DNA of 64,000 nucleotides from Gammaproteobacteria bacterium (GTDB lineage Bacteria; Pseudomonadota; Gammaproteobacteria; CAJXQU01): NCBI GenBank assembly GCA_965238175.1, contig CBDEGZ010000003.1, positions 1,984,001 to 2,048,000 of the forward strand, read 5' to 3'. Shown piece by piece: positions 20,303 to 31,411 of this stretch (position 1 is its first letter; each line of letters starts with the position of its first letter). The notes under the pieces were generated by a model. It saw only the letters and a program-made list of their open reading frames with translations, ran no database searches and was not told where the DNA came from. The position numbers and the translations under genes were made by a program.

Positions 20303-23300
20303 TTAATTACCCCCACCTACGTATTCCAACTTAATCGCATCGGCACTGAAGTTGCCGGTGGTATTGCTGTTGAGTTGGATGTAGCCACCACTGCCTGTAT
20401 TGAAGGTGTAGGTGCCGGTCAACTCGGTGAAGTGGCCACCTAAGGCCGGATCGTTTTGCGCCACGGTCACGCTGGTGTTTCCCCCTGCGTGGTGGATGAC
20501 GTATTCTGCCGCTGATGGGCGTGAGCTGTTGTGGGTGAACCAGACTGATACTTTGTAGGTGCCTGTCGTCACGACAGTCGGTGTCCATTTGAAGTGGCCA
20601 TTGCCGTTTAACCAGTCTGAACCACGACTGGTATTAAGGTAGGTCGGTGAGCTGCCCGAGGATTGCCAGTTGCCTTGGCTTGTTGTATTGCTGTCGCTGT
20701 TGTCGACGATGATGTCAGTTACATTCCCACCGCCACCAGTGCCAGTCACGGTGATAGTAATATTATCCGTGTCGGTTGAGTTTCCACTGTCTGTCGCCGT
20801 AGCAGTGATTAGGTGGGTGTTTTCACTTAAACTGCTCGTGGAGAAGCTACCGTTTGTACCAATCTGCCCGTCTTTGTCAGAAGTCCATACCAGTGAAGCA
20901 CCAACGTTACCATCTTCTGCATCGGTGGCGGTTGCGGTGAAGGTCACATTTGTTCCGGAGGTCACGCTGCTGTTCGCAACTGGACTGCTGATGGTGACGA
21001 CTGGTTCAGCGTTCGGTGGGGGTGGGTTACCGCCACCAACATATTCCAACTTAATCGCATCGGCACTGAAGTTGCCGGTGGTATTGCTGTTGAGTTGGAT
21101 GTAGCCACCACTGCCTGTATTGAAGGTGTAGGTGCCGGTCAACTCGGTGAAGTGGCCACCTAAGGCCGGATCGTTTTGCGCCACGGTCACGCTGGTGTTT
21201 CCCCCTGCGTGGTGGATGACGTATTCTGCCGCTGATGGGCGTGAGCTGTTGTGGGTGAACCAGACTGATACTTTGTAGGTGCCCGTCGTCACGACAGTCG
21301 GTGTCCATTTGAAGTGGCCATTGCCGTTTAACCAGTCTGAACCACGACTGGTATTAAGGTAGGTCGGTGAGCTGCCCGAGGATTGCCAGTTGCCTTGGCT
21401 TGTTGTATTGCTGTCGCTGTTGTCGACGATGATGTCAGTTACATTCCCACCGCCACCAGTGCCAGTCACGGTGATAGTAATATTATCCGTGTCGGTTGAG
21501 TTTCCACTGTCTGTCGCTGTAGCAGTGATTAGGTGGGTGTTTTCACTTAAACTGCTCGTGGAGAAGCTACCGTTTGTACCAATCTGCCCGTCTTTGTCAG
21601 AAGTCCATACCAGTGAAGCACCAACGTTACCATCTTCTGCATCGGTGGCAGTTGCGGTGAAGGTCACATTTGTTCCGGAGGTCACGCTGCTGTTCGCAAC
21701 TGGACTGCTGATGGTGACGACTGGTTCAGTGTTCGGTGGGGGTGGGTTACCGCCACCAACGTATTCCAACTTAATCGCATCGGCACTGAAGTTGCCGGTG
21801 GTATTGCTGTTGAGTTGGATGTAGCCACCACTGCCTGCATTGAAGGTGTAGGTGCCGGTCAACTCGGTGAAGTGGCCACCTAAGGCCGGATCGTTTTGTG
21901 CCACGGTCACGCTGGTGTTTCCCCCTGCGTGGTGGATGACGTATTCTGCCGCTGATGGGCGTGAGCTGTTGTGGGTGAACCAGACCGACACTTTGTAGGT
22001 GCCTGCCGTGGCCACATTCGAGATCCATTTGAAGTAGCCATTGCCGTTCAACCAGTCTGAACCACGACTGGTATTAAGGTAGGTTGGTGAGCTGCCCGAG
22101 GATTGCCAGTTGCCCTGACTCTCTGTATTGCTGTCGCTGTTGTCGACGATGATGTCAGTTACATTCCCACCGCCACCAGTGCCAGTCACGGTGATAGTAA
22201 TATTATCCGTGTCGGTTGAGTTTCCACTGTCTGTCGCTGTAGCAGTGATTAGGTGGGTGTTTTCACTTAAACTGCTCGTGGAGAAGCTACCGTTTGTACC
22301 AATCTGCCCGTCTTTGTCAGAAGTCCATACCAGTGAAGCACCAACGTTACCATCTTCTGCATCGGTGGCAGTTGCGGTGAAGGTCACATTTGTTCCGGAG
22401 GTCACGCTGCTGTTCGCAACTGGACTGCTGATGGTGACGACTGGTTCAGCGTTCGGTGGGGGTGGGTTACCGCCACCAACATATTCCAACTTAATCGCAT
22501 CGACACTGAAGTTGCCGGTGGTATTGCTGTTAAGTTGAATGTAGCCACTGCTGCCGGCATTGAAGGTGTAGGTGCCGGTCAACTCGGTGAAGTGGCCACC
22601 TAAGGCCGGATCGTTTTGTGCCACGGTCACGCTGGTGTTTCCCCCTGCGTGGTGGATGACGTATTCTGCCGCTGATGGGCGTGAGCTGTTATAAGTAAAC
22701 CAGACTGATACTTTGTAGGTGCCTGCCGTGGCCACATTCGGGATCCATTTGAAGTAGCCATTGCCGTTCAACCAGTCTGAACCACGACTGGTATTAAGGT
22801 AGGTTGGTGAGCTGCCCGAGGATTGCCAGTTGCCTTGGCTTGTTGTATTGCTGTCGCTGTTGTCGACAATGATATCGTCTACATTAACATTCACCGGAGG
22901 ATTATCTGCGCCTGATAACTGCGCAAGTAATGTCCCATTTAAAAAGATATATTCTTTGATGGAGTCACCCGTATCGTCGCGTTCAGCGAGTAAGGCTCCA
23001 CCCGGGCCATAGTCAAAGTAGGTTGTCGATGTGCCCTCTTTCTTAACCCGCTCTCCATTGCCATTGTAGGTATAGGTGCTGGTGTCTGCGCTGCTTATCC
23101 GGTTGTGAGCACCATAGGTGAAGTTGCTTTCTGGGTGGTTGGTAATGTTACCGTTGTTGTCATAGCTATATTGCGCGGTATTACTGCCGGTAATTTGATC
23201 AAGGCGGTGTGTATTTGGGACGTAGTTGTAGGTATCACTTTGGGCGCCGCTGGTGACATTGGTGCGGTTGCCTACATCATCATAGCTAAAGACTTTATTG

Positions 23301-26300
23301 CCGTATTGGCCGTCTGCATCAATGAGTCGGCTGAGTCCATCGTAGTCCAGCGTTTGGCTATTGTTGGCATTGAGGTTGTTGGTGAGGGTTTTGATGTTGT
23401 TGGCTTCATCATAACCATAACTCTGGTTGATAACGCTGCCTTGTGTGTTGTTGGTGAGGCGGTAGTCAAGGTCATATTGTTGGGCCTTGTTAATCCCATT
23501 GCCATAGTCCAGTGATATCATTGGACCAAAAGGTGCGTAACTAATGTTGCTGGCTAGCGTGCTGGTGACACCCTCTTCTGTCAGCGTGACAGCGCTTATC
23601 TGGTTGATGGTGTTGTAGGTGTATTCAATTTCACGACCACTTGGATAGATAATATTAGTCAGTTGATCGGCACCGTTGTAGTCAAATTCAAAGGTCGATG
23701 GAATATTGTCGATGGTGACGGTTTTGATCGTGAGGTTGCCACGTTTGTCGTAGGCGTAGTTGGTGCTGCCACTGGCGTCAGTCATGCGGGTTAGGCGGCC
23801 GATGCCATTTTGTTGGTTGTTGTTTTCGTCATAGGTGTAGATGACATTGAGGCTGCTATCACCAGGGGTAGATCACACTGGTGAGTCGGTTTAGTGCATC
23901 GTAATTGTAGTTTGTGGTGATGCTTCTGGCATCAGTTTGGCTTTTGCGGTTACCAGCACTGTCATAGGTGTAGGTGGTGGTGCCGGTGTCTGGACTGTCA
24001 AGTGTGAGCAAGTCACCCAGGGCGTTGTAGGTGTAGTGGGTCTCCAAGCTTTCGGGATCGGTAACTTTGATCAGTTGGTCTAGCGCGTTGTAGTCGTAGG
24101 TGGTGGTGATGTCATCGGTCCCGTTGCTGGCGATGCGGATCTGGGTGACTGCAACCAGTCGATTGAGCGAATCGTAAAGTGACTGGCTGGTATTATTAAG
24201 CGTCAGTGGATCGACGGTTTTAGCCGCAGCAATGTTGCTACCAGTGTTTCTTGGATCGGTCATGGCAGTCTGATTGCCATTTAGGTCGTAGGCATAGCGT
24301 GTCAGTTGACCTTGTCCGCCAATCAACAGCAGCAATTGACTCAGTTGATCGTATTCACGTTCTAATAATCGTGTGATGTTACCGGCATTATTTTTAGTTT
24401 CTTCTTTGGTGCGATTACCCATAAGATCCAATGTGTAATGGATCGTATTACCCAGGTTATCGGTGATATCAGTCAGTCGATGAGCTGCATCGTAGGTGTA
24501 ATCGATAAAGGCATTAGTTGGTAAGGTCAGTTTTGTTAATTGACCGACGTTGTCATAATCAAAATCGGTGGTATTGCCATCCACTGTTCGACTAGTTAAC
24601 CAACCTCTTGGGTGATAGGTCAGTGTTGTGACCAAGCCATTCGGATCGGTAATCGTTTGTGGTCGGCCATTAGCGTCATGATTGGAGAAAGTGGTCTCAT
24701 GACTTAAGGCGTTAGTGATCTTAGTCAGATTGCCCGTCGTTGCTTCGTAGTCCATCGTCGTCGTATCCGTCACATTGACGCGTGAACCATTGATGGTTTT
24801 TAACTGTTTTGTATTAGGATCATAGGTATACGTAGTTAGCTGAGATGCACCAGATGATGGATCTTCCACATTTTGGGTGTGCACCTGCCCGTTCTGGTAG
24901 TGATCATATACAGTGGATTTTATATGTATCCAGCTGCTTAAGGCCGTATCACAGCTACTTGGGCTTAGGTTGCTTTGATCGGCAGGTGGAGTATAAACAT
25001 CTGACTCAGTTGGTATGTGATAAGCCGTATCCCAAGACGTGTAAGTCATGCGTGACTCTATGGTACTGTAACCATCAATGCGGCAGGTTTGTTTACCTTG
25101 AGAATCATGCTCAAATCGTGTGATGTTGCCGTTATAGTCAATTTGGCTAGCAAGAAAACCATTTGCATCGTAGCTATAGTTTTGTATCTGACTATTTTTA
25201 CAACTCAGACACCGATCTCCGGTCAAAGATTTAACGCGAGGCGATCCATTAATAGACTCAAACGTGTAAGTATGAGTCCCTCCTAATGAGGCATCGGTGA
25301 CATCCGTAGTCCCATCATCGTTGTATACAAACTCTACCCTCTCCACACCATCAGCATGCTCCGATAATTTTGCACGACCTTCTGCATCATATTCCCAACG
25401 GGCAAAATCAGCACCGTTTTCGTCAACCATGCCTGTTAAAGCATGATGAAAAAGCCCACTGCCATAACTATAAACTTTACTGCTGTTATCTTGATAGGTC
25501 ACTTCTAAAAGTTGGCCACCGTTTGCCTTGTACTTGATTAGACCATCTGGTGTTAATACCGAAGCGAGAAATCCCTTTGAGCTATATCCGAAAATCAGTT
25601 CTCGACCAAACGGACCGATAACTTTATCAAGCGTTTCAGGGTTGCCATCTCCACCGTTTTGTTCAGATAGATTATAAGTTAACGTCTGGGTATAATCTTC
25701 GCGACTAACGATAGTAAGAAGTTTTCCCGTATTATCGTATGTTTCTTGAGTATCGTCGTTATCAATGAATAGCCAACCACCAACAAGCTGTTCAAGTGTA
25801 ACCCTTGGGTCAGAAACACTTATCCAGGAACCTCCACTTTTCTCGAAAAACAGCAAGCTGCCATTAGGACGACTGACTGTCATCACCCCGCCTTGTTCTA
25901 ATAATTCACTATATGTATTAACATTATTTACTGATTGGGATGGGTTATTGGAGCGAACAGTCAGAAAAGCCGGAGCCTGGCCATCACCAGAAATCTTACA
26001 CAACTCGCCTTGTAAGCTTGCTGTCGTATTTGAACGTAGCCCTTTTATTGTTTTACCTTTGATTTGATTCCAGCCAGCTTCACAGGCAGCTTGAGGAGTA
26101 GCAAACAGACCGGATCGTTGCCCCCCTTCGGTATAGTACCCTGTAGTTAACTGGGCTATGCTTAAATTCTGAGGTGTATCCCGTCGTTCTATAGGCGCCT
26201 CACCGACTCCACGTGAATATGTATGACGCCAACCAAAGGCGACATTCATACCGGTTTTATTAGCCCCCTGACTATTGTAGTAACGTCGAAATTCAATCCC

Positions 26301-26924
26301 ATGAGTAAGACTGCTTTTGTAGTCTGTTTCTACCTGGTACTTATTCCCTGATGAAGGAATACACGGGTTTCCTTCACCACATTTAGCTTCAGGACTCACA
26401 GGCTCTTCAGGTTCTATGTAATACCCATCCTCATAGGCTTTAACACAGGCATTTATTTCTCCTGGCGGAGTGGCGTTGGGGAAGTATTTAGCTACAGAAC
26501 CACTTGGACAATAGCGCCTCATATAAATTCGTCTCAATGGATTCTGTGTACAATACCCTCCTGCACAAACTACAGGGACATGATCAGTTTCATAAGGGGT
26601 ATCAACCATAAATGAACAGGTGATGTTAGGGATATTTGGATCTTCTAAAGCATCTATCATTGCCTGCTTGTCAAAGCATTCAGCGTGCGCTTCTGGGTTA
26701 GGGCGACCATTAAAATAATTTGAGTACCACGCAGCTGTTATCTGCGCAATACTGGCATATGACTCTGCAAACGAGATCTTATTTGGCCCTACGTTATGAT
26801 GTTCATAATAATATTCCATGGGGAATTCGATAGTCTCTGCGCTTACCTGCGTAGTATGAAAAAGTGATGTGAATAGTAGTAAGCCAACTAATAAACTATT
26901 TAATGTGTAAACAAACATAAGCAT
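20303..26924 (-). CDS. Large secreted Rhs/YD-repeat protein (about 2200 aa) with C-terminal golvesin-like/Ig-like repeats and no Rhs core; single +1 frameshift at 23865-23868
   Basis: ORFs 23859-27056 and 20303-23785 join (YPGDSSLNVIYTYD...GRLTRMTD) if one C is removed. Signal peptide ending QVSA (start 26924 or 27056); DUF6531-like GNP..SGNK..RYYNS..GWRH; many YD repeats. Confidence 0.85.
20312..22872 (-). repeat. 720-bp tandem repeat, about 3.5 near-identical copies
   Basis: RTATTCCAACTTAATCGCAT recurs at 20321, 21041, 21761 and 22481; the 240-aa unit is IIVDNSD...DAIKLEY plus PVVTISSP...ITITVT. Confidence 0.97.
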
Positions 26925-27542
26925 GTTATTCCTAAAGGAACAGGTATGAGGGGTTTTCAACGGAAGTCTCCTAGAATCAATCACAATTCGATTAGAACGC
27001 GAAGGTTTGAATATTAGAGTTGTTTTTTTTAGTGTTTCAAGATGGCAAAAAATCATCGAGGGACATCCTTGTTATTTATTATTAAACTTTAAATGCTGAT
27101 TAAAACAGCATCATGTTCAGGTGTTGGAGACATTCAACCACAGTTATGAATAATGTAGTTGTGAGTTTTCTCACAATCATTGAAAGAAAAATGTTAAAAA
27201 AAGTTAATTCGAGTGCAAGCAATATGTGTTCTGCTAATGAATCTATTTATAAAGCGATATTCATAATATTGTGTGGAGAAATGTCTCTGCTGATAGTTTC
27301 TGATTCTTGGTAAACCTCTAACGATTTCGTCAAAACTATCTTATTTAAAAATACTATCGTGGAAATCAAAGAAGGAAACTGATCTCTTTTATTTAGGTGA
27401 TACTAAATAGCCGTAGCATTATTGTTACGAGAATGAATATAAAAACTGCTACCCATGACATATGGAATAAAGCTTCCAAACAGTAGTTTTGTGAATGAAG
27501 AGGTTGGGGAAAACATTAGGCGTTTCTTAGATGATAGCTCGA

Positions 27543-27596
27543 GGCAGAGTTGAACTGCTAACATAAGGATTTTTAATCCGTTGGTCGAAGTTCACG
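27543..27596. repeat. Degenerate tRNA-Phe fragment (minus) fused at the anticodon loop to a tRNA-Lys-like fragment (plus)
   Basis: 27545-27578 matches 18065-18098 at 27/34 positions by manual alignment; it continues TTTTAATCCGTTGGTCGAAG. Confidence 0.55.
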
Positions 27597-27734
27597 CAAT
27601 AATTTATCATTTGTCTAATTAATCGCATGTAAGTTTTCTAGTAATAACAGATATTGACTGTCCGCTTGTAGGCGATTCCGGCCTATCAAGTTTGAATGAA
27701 ATCAGATGGTGTCTGTACGGTCAAGTCGCGACAT

Positions 27735-28530
27735 TTACACTTGAGAATATTGATAAGCGCTAAGCCCTGTCTGAGGCATTGGAAACTGAATTATTCCAGT
27801 ACATGTTGTTAGAAATTGCAAGGTAGATGGGGCAGGGCTGCTAGATGATGATGGAACCGCCGTTGTTGGTAATATAGCGGCTGTGCTAGAAGGGTCTGTG
27901 AGGTCTGGTGTAGTTGCAGTTTTTTCCATGCCAGGAACATGATCACTGACAGCGTCAGGCATCATCTCCAGCAATTCTTCATCTAACGCTTCAAGCTCAG
28001 CTGCAGAAATATCACCTTCGGATACTTGTTCACGTGCTTCATCCAGCTTTTCTTGATAAACATGAATGTCCTCCTTTCCGGCAAGAATTTCATCTCTTGT
28101 CGCTGTATCTTTTTGATAGGTTTCCCACGTTGGTTGTTTGTCACTAATTAAGTCAAAATCAAGTTCTCCTGAACTGACCTCTTGGCCAAATTCATCAAAT
28201 ACCTGTGAACCATCTTCGGTCTTGAACACCCGACGACCATCTTCCATCACATAAGCCTGGGCAAGCATGGCTTCGATATTCGCATTAACCGTATCAAGCT
28301 GTTTCTGATTTTCCATGAGAGCGTTAACGGTTGCCGTATCATATTTATCGAGTTTGGCTTCAAATGCTTTGATCTCCAGTTGCAAAACCACTGACATTGT
28401 CTTCAAGCTTCGCTTCAACTTCTTCACGTTGTGCTTTATCTTCACGCGCCTTGATAAACCATTTGCGTTGACGTAGCCACTCTGAATGGTGACTGTCATC
28501 ATGCGTAAAATGGTTTACCAAGTTAATCAT
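27735..28530 (-). pseudogene. Coiled-coil hypothetical protein of mobile-element type, frameshifted near 28380
   Basis: Likely true start is ATG 28530 (GGAG RBS; MINLVNHFTHDDSHHSEWLRQRKWF..., a different frame from the AYVMEDGRRVFKTEDG part). Confidence 0.55.
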
Positions 28531-28887
28531 TTATTCTCCACATTCTTTTTTTATCAATACATACAGTAGTGGTTCTACTTGCTTATCTAGATGACGTGAG
28601 AACCATGTATCGATTTCTTTCCATGCCTCTTTATTGTCACCATGAAACCAGTTATAGATACAATCCATCCCCGTTTTTTCTGGCCGCTCTCGTAAGTAGC
28701 GAGAGTGGGCAAAGCCACCAATAACACCCGTGATGTAAGATGTTTGTTCCTTACTATCCATCTTGTTTAAAACATCATCAGCAGTTAAAGCTTGTGCTGT
28801 TCCTGCTTGAAGTATAAACACTCCTGTAATGAGTAATTTTGCGGTAAAACTATTAAGAAAGTCTGAATTTGTTTCTTTATTCCACAT
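28531..28887 (-). CDS. Exported hypothetical protein
   Basis: Signal peptide ending AQA, two Cys; abuts the next gene. Confidence 0.7.
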   Translation of the reverse strand: MWNKETNSDFLNSFTAKLLITGVFILQAGTAQALTADDVLNKMDSKEQTSYITGVIGGFAHSRYLRERPEKTGMDCIYNWFHGDNKEAWKEIDTWFSRHLDKQVEPLLYVLIKKECGE

Positions 28888-29078
28888 AAACGATCTTCTG
28901 CGAGAAAGTTTGTTTTCGCAGGGTCGATTTTGGTAGAATTATAGAAGAATAAAGGAAAATCAGTAACTTGCCATTTGGTGCTGCAATGAATGCAAAGCCA
29001 AATTAAATTACCTCAGAGGGGAGCGTCCATGTGACGTGGATTTCCCCATTAACACTGAAGTCAAGGTATTGAAATATA

Positions 29079-29636
29079 ATGAGAATAGGCTGTTTACGCG
29101 TTAGCACGGAAGAGCAGAATGAAAACCGACAAGTTGATGCCATACTTCCTATCTGCGATGAGGTTCACATAGAAAAGCTCTCCGCCGTCGTCAAATCAAG
29201 ACCGATCTTCGAAGCGGTACTAAATAAACTTAAACGAGACGATACACTGGTGGTATGGAGTTTAGATCGTGCGTTTCGCTCCGTGAAAGATGCCTTGATC
29301 GAAGCTGATCAACTTAAGGAACGTGGGGTGAATTTCCACATTATCAGCCTTGGTGTCGATACAGTAACCGCTGATGGACGGTTAGCTTTTACCATTGTTG
29401 CGGCTGCGGCAGAACACGAGCGAAACAGACTTTCCGAACGCACAAAGCAAGGCTTAGAGGCCACCCGAAGGCGAGGCACAATCCTTGGCCCTAAGACAGA
29501 TCGACAAATTCGTAATGCGATAAAGCGTATTGAGGCTGACGAAGATCATAAGAAAATCGCACCCCAGTACAAAGTCCATCCCTGGACATTAACGCGTAAT
29601 ATCAATCGTGTGGTGGTTAGTGATAGGGAACGTTAA
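29079..29636 (+). CDS. Serine recombinase (resolvase/invertase), probably degenerate
   Basis: IGCLRVST (canonical GYxRVST), LDRAFRS, ERNRLSERTKQGL, C-terminal HTH. Confidence 0.85.
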   Translation: MRIGCLRVSTEEQNENRQVDAILPICDEVHIEKLSAVVKSRPIFEAVLNKLKRDDTLVVWSLDRAFRSVKDALIEADQLKERGVNFHIISLGVDTVTADGRLAFTIVAAAAEHERNRLSERTKQGLEATRRRGTILGPKTDRQIRNAIKRIEADEDHKKIAPQYKVHPWTLTRNINRVVVSDRER

Positions 29637-29798
29637 CGAAAGGTGGTGTGAAAGAAGTATAAGTGTAGAGCTAGATCCCCTGATCGCTTAGAATGGCGAG
29701 CTTTTCAAGAAAACCAGGTTTAATTTGTTGTCTCTAAGAGACGCAAGGTAACTGTATTAAATTGTACAAATTGTTGTACAAAAAAGGAGTTTAACTCA

Positions 29799-31394
29799 AT
29801 GTCAGATAGCAATTTAGTCAATGAAATCAATAAGAGAAGAACGTTTGCTATCATCTCGCACCCTGATGCGGGCAAAACTACGGTCACTGAAAAGTTATTG
29901 TATCTTGCCGGCGCGATTAAAATTGCCGGTACGGTTAAAGCAAGAAAAAGTTCGCGTCATGCAACATCTGATTGGATGGAAATTGAAAAACAACGTGGGA
30001 TCTCTGTCACTTCATCTGTAATGCAGTTTCCCTATAAAGATTGTGTGATCAATCTTCTTGACACACCTGGGCATGCTGATTTTTCTGAAGATACATACCG
30101 GGTATTGACGGCTGTGGATGCGGCGCTAATGGTGATCGACGCAGCCAAAGGTGTAGAAGAACGTACGATAAAACTGATGGAAGTTTGCCGGTTACGTAAC
30201 ACTCCTATCATTACATTCATTAACAAACTTGATCGGGATAGTCAGGATCCATTGGATCTTTTGGATGAGGTTGAAAGCGTTTTAAAAATTCAATGTGCAC
30301 CTGTTACGTGGCCAATTGGATCAGGCAAGCAATTTAAAGGTATTTATAACATACGCGATGACAGGGCACGTCTTTACCGATCGGCTAATAACGAGGTGGA
30401 TGATCAAGAAGAAGCTGATCAATTTATAGAAGGCTTGAATAATCCTGATCTTGTTGTTGCATCAGATGGTCAACACGGCAATCTTTGTGATGGTATAGAG
30501 TTGGTTACGGGGGCAGGGCACGGGTTTGATCAAGAAGACTTTTTATCGGGTAAGCAAACACCTGTTTATTTCGGAACAGCGCTGAATAATTTTGGTCTTG
30601 AAGAAATGCTTGATTGTTTTGTTGATTCTGCACCCTCACCCTTAGCACGTCATGCAGTAAGTCGAACCGTTGAGCCTAATGAAAATAAATTTTCTGGTTT
30701 TGTATTTAAGATCCAAGCGAATATGGATCCTGCTCATCGGGATCGAATTGCATTTTTACGTATCTGTTCAGGACAGTTTTTTAAAGGGATGAAAACCCGT
30801 CAGGTTCGCATTGGTAAAGATGTAACACTAGCGAATGTTCTTACTTTTCTAGCCGGTGATCGTGAACATGCGGAGAAAGCTTATTCTGGCGATATTATTG
30901 GTATACATAATCATGGAACCATCCAGATAGGTGATACGTTTACCGAAGGAGAATCTCTTAAATTCACCGGCATTCCTCATTTTGCACCGGAATTATTTCG
31001 TCGTGTAATCTTAAAGGATCCTTTGAAAATGAAGGCTTTGTTGAAAGGCTTGATCCAGTTGAGTGAAGAGGGTGCCACGCAAGTATTTAGACCGATGAAT
31101 AATAATGATCTGATACTTGGTGCCGTTGGTATTTTGCAGTTTGATGTTGTTGCCTGGCGTTTGAAAAATGAATACAACGTTGAATGTAAATTCGATAATG
31201 TACAAGTCGCTACTGCAAGATGGGTCGAAAGTGAGGATGAGGTAGCTTTACATAAATTTAAAAACAAAGCCTTTGATAATCTCGCAGTAGATGGCGGAGA
31301 AAATCTGACATATCTAGCACCAACACGTGTCAATCTTAATCTGGCGATTGAAAAGTGGCCTGAAATTGAATTTCACGCCACTCGAGAACATTAA
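29799..31394 (+). CDS. prfC: Peptide chain release factor 3
   Basis: [35 protein letters not shown], ends TREH. Confidence 0.98.
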   Translation: MSDSNLVNEINKRRTFAIISHPDAGKTTVTEKLLYLAGAIKIAGTVKARKSSRHATSDWMEIEKQRGISVTSSVMQFPYKDCVINLLDTPGHADFSEDTYRVLTAVDAALMVIDAAKGVEERTIKLMEVCRLRNTPIITFINKLDRDSQDPLDLLDEVESVLKIQCAPVTWPIGSGKQFKGIYNIRDDRARLYRSANNEVDDQEEADQFIEGLNNPDLVVASDGQHGNLCDGIELVTGAGHGFDQEDFLSGKQTPVYFGTALNNFGLEEMLDCFVDSAPSPLARHAVSRTVEPNENKFSGFVFKIQANMDPAHRDRIAFLRICSGQFFKGMKTRQVRIGKDVTLANVLTFLAGDREHAEKAYSGDIIGIHNHGTIQIGDTFTEGESLKFTGIPHFAPELFRRVILKDPLKMKALLKGLIQLSEEGATQVFRPMNNNDLILGAVGILQFDVVAWRLKNEYNVECKFDNVQVATARWVESEDEVALHKFKNKAFDNLAVDGGENLTYLAPTRVNLNLAIEKWPEIEFHATREH

Positions 31395-31411
31395 CTTCGT
31401 CTCTAATCAAT

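Noticed and set aside
20312-22872. Diversity-generating retroelement template/variable repeats
   Set aside because: No reverse transcriptase; the differences are not adenine-specific; the copies are in-frame domains
20331-23515. Repeated alternative-frame and antisense ORFs in the Rhs gene
   Set aside because: By-products of the 720-bp repeat and codon bias
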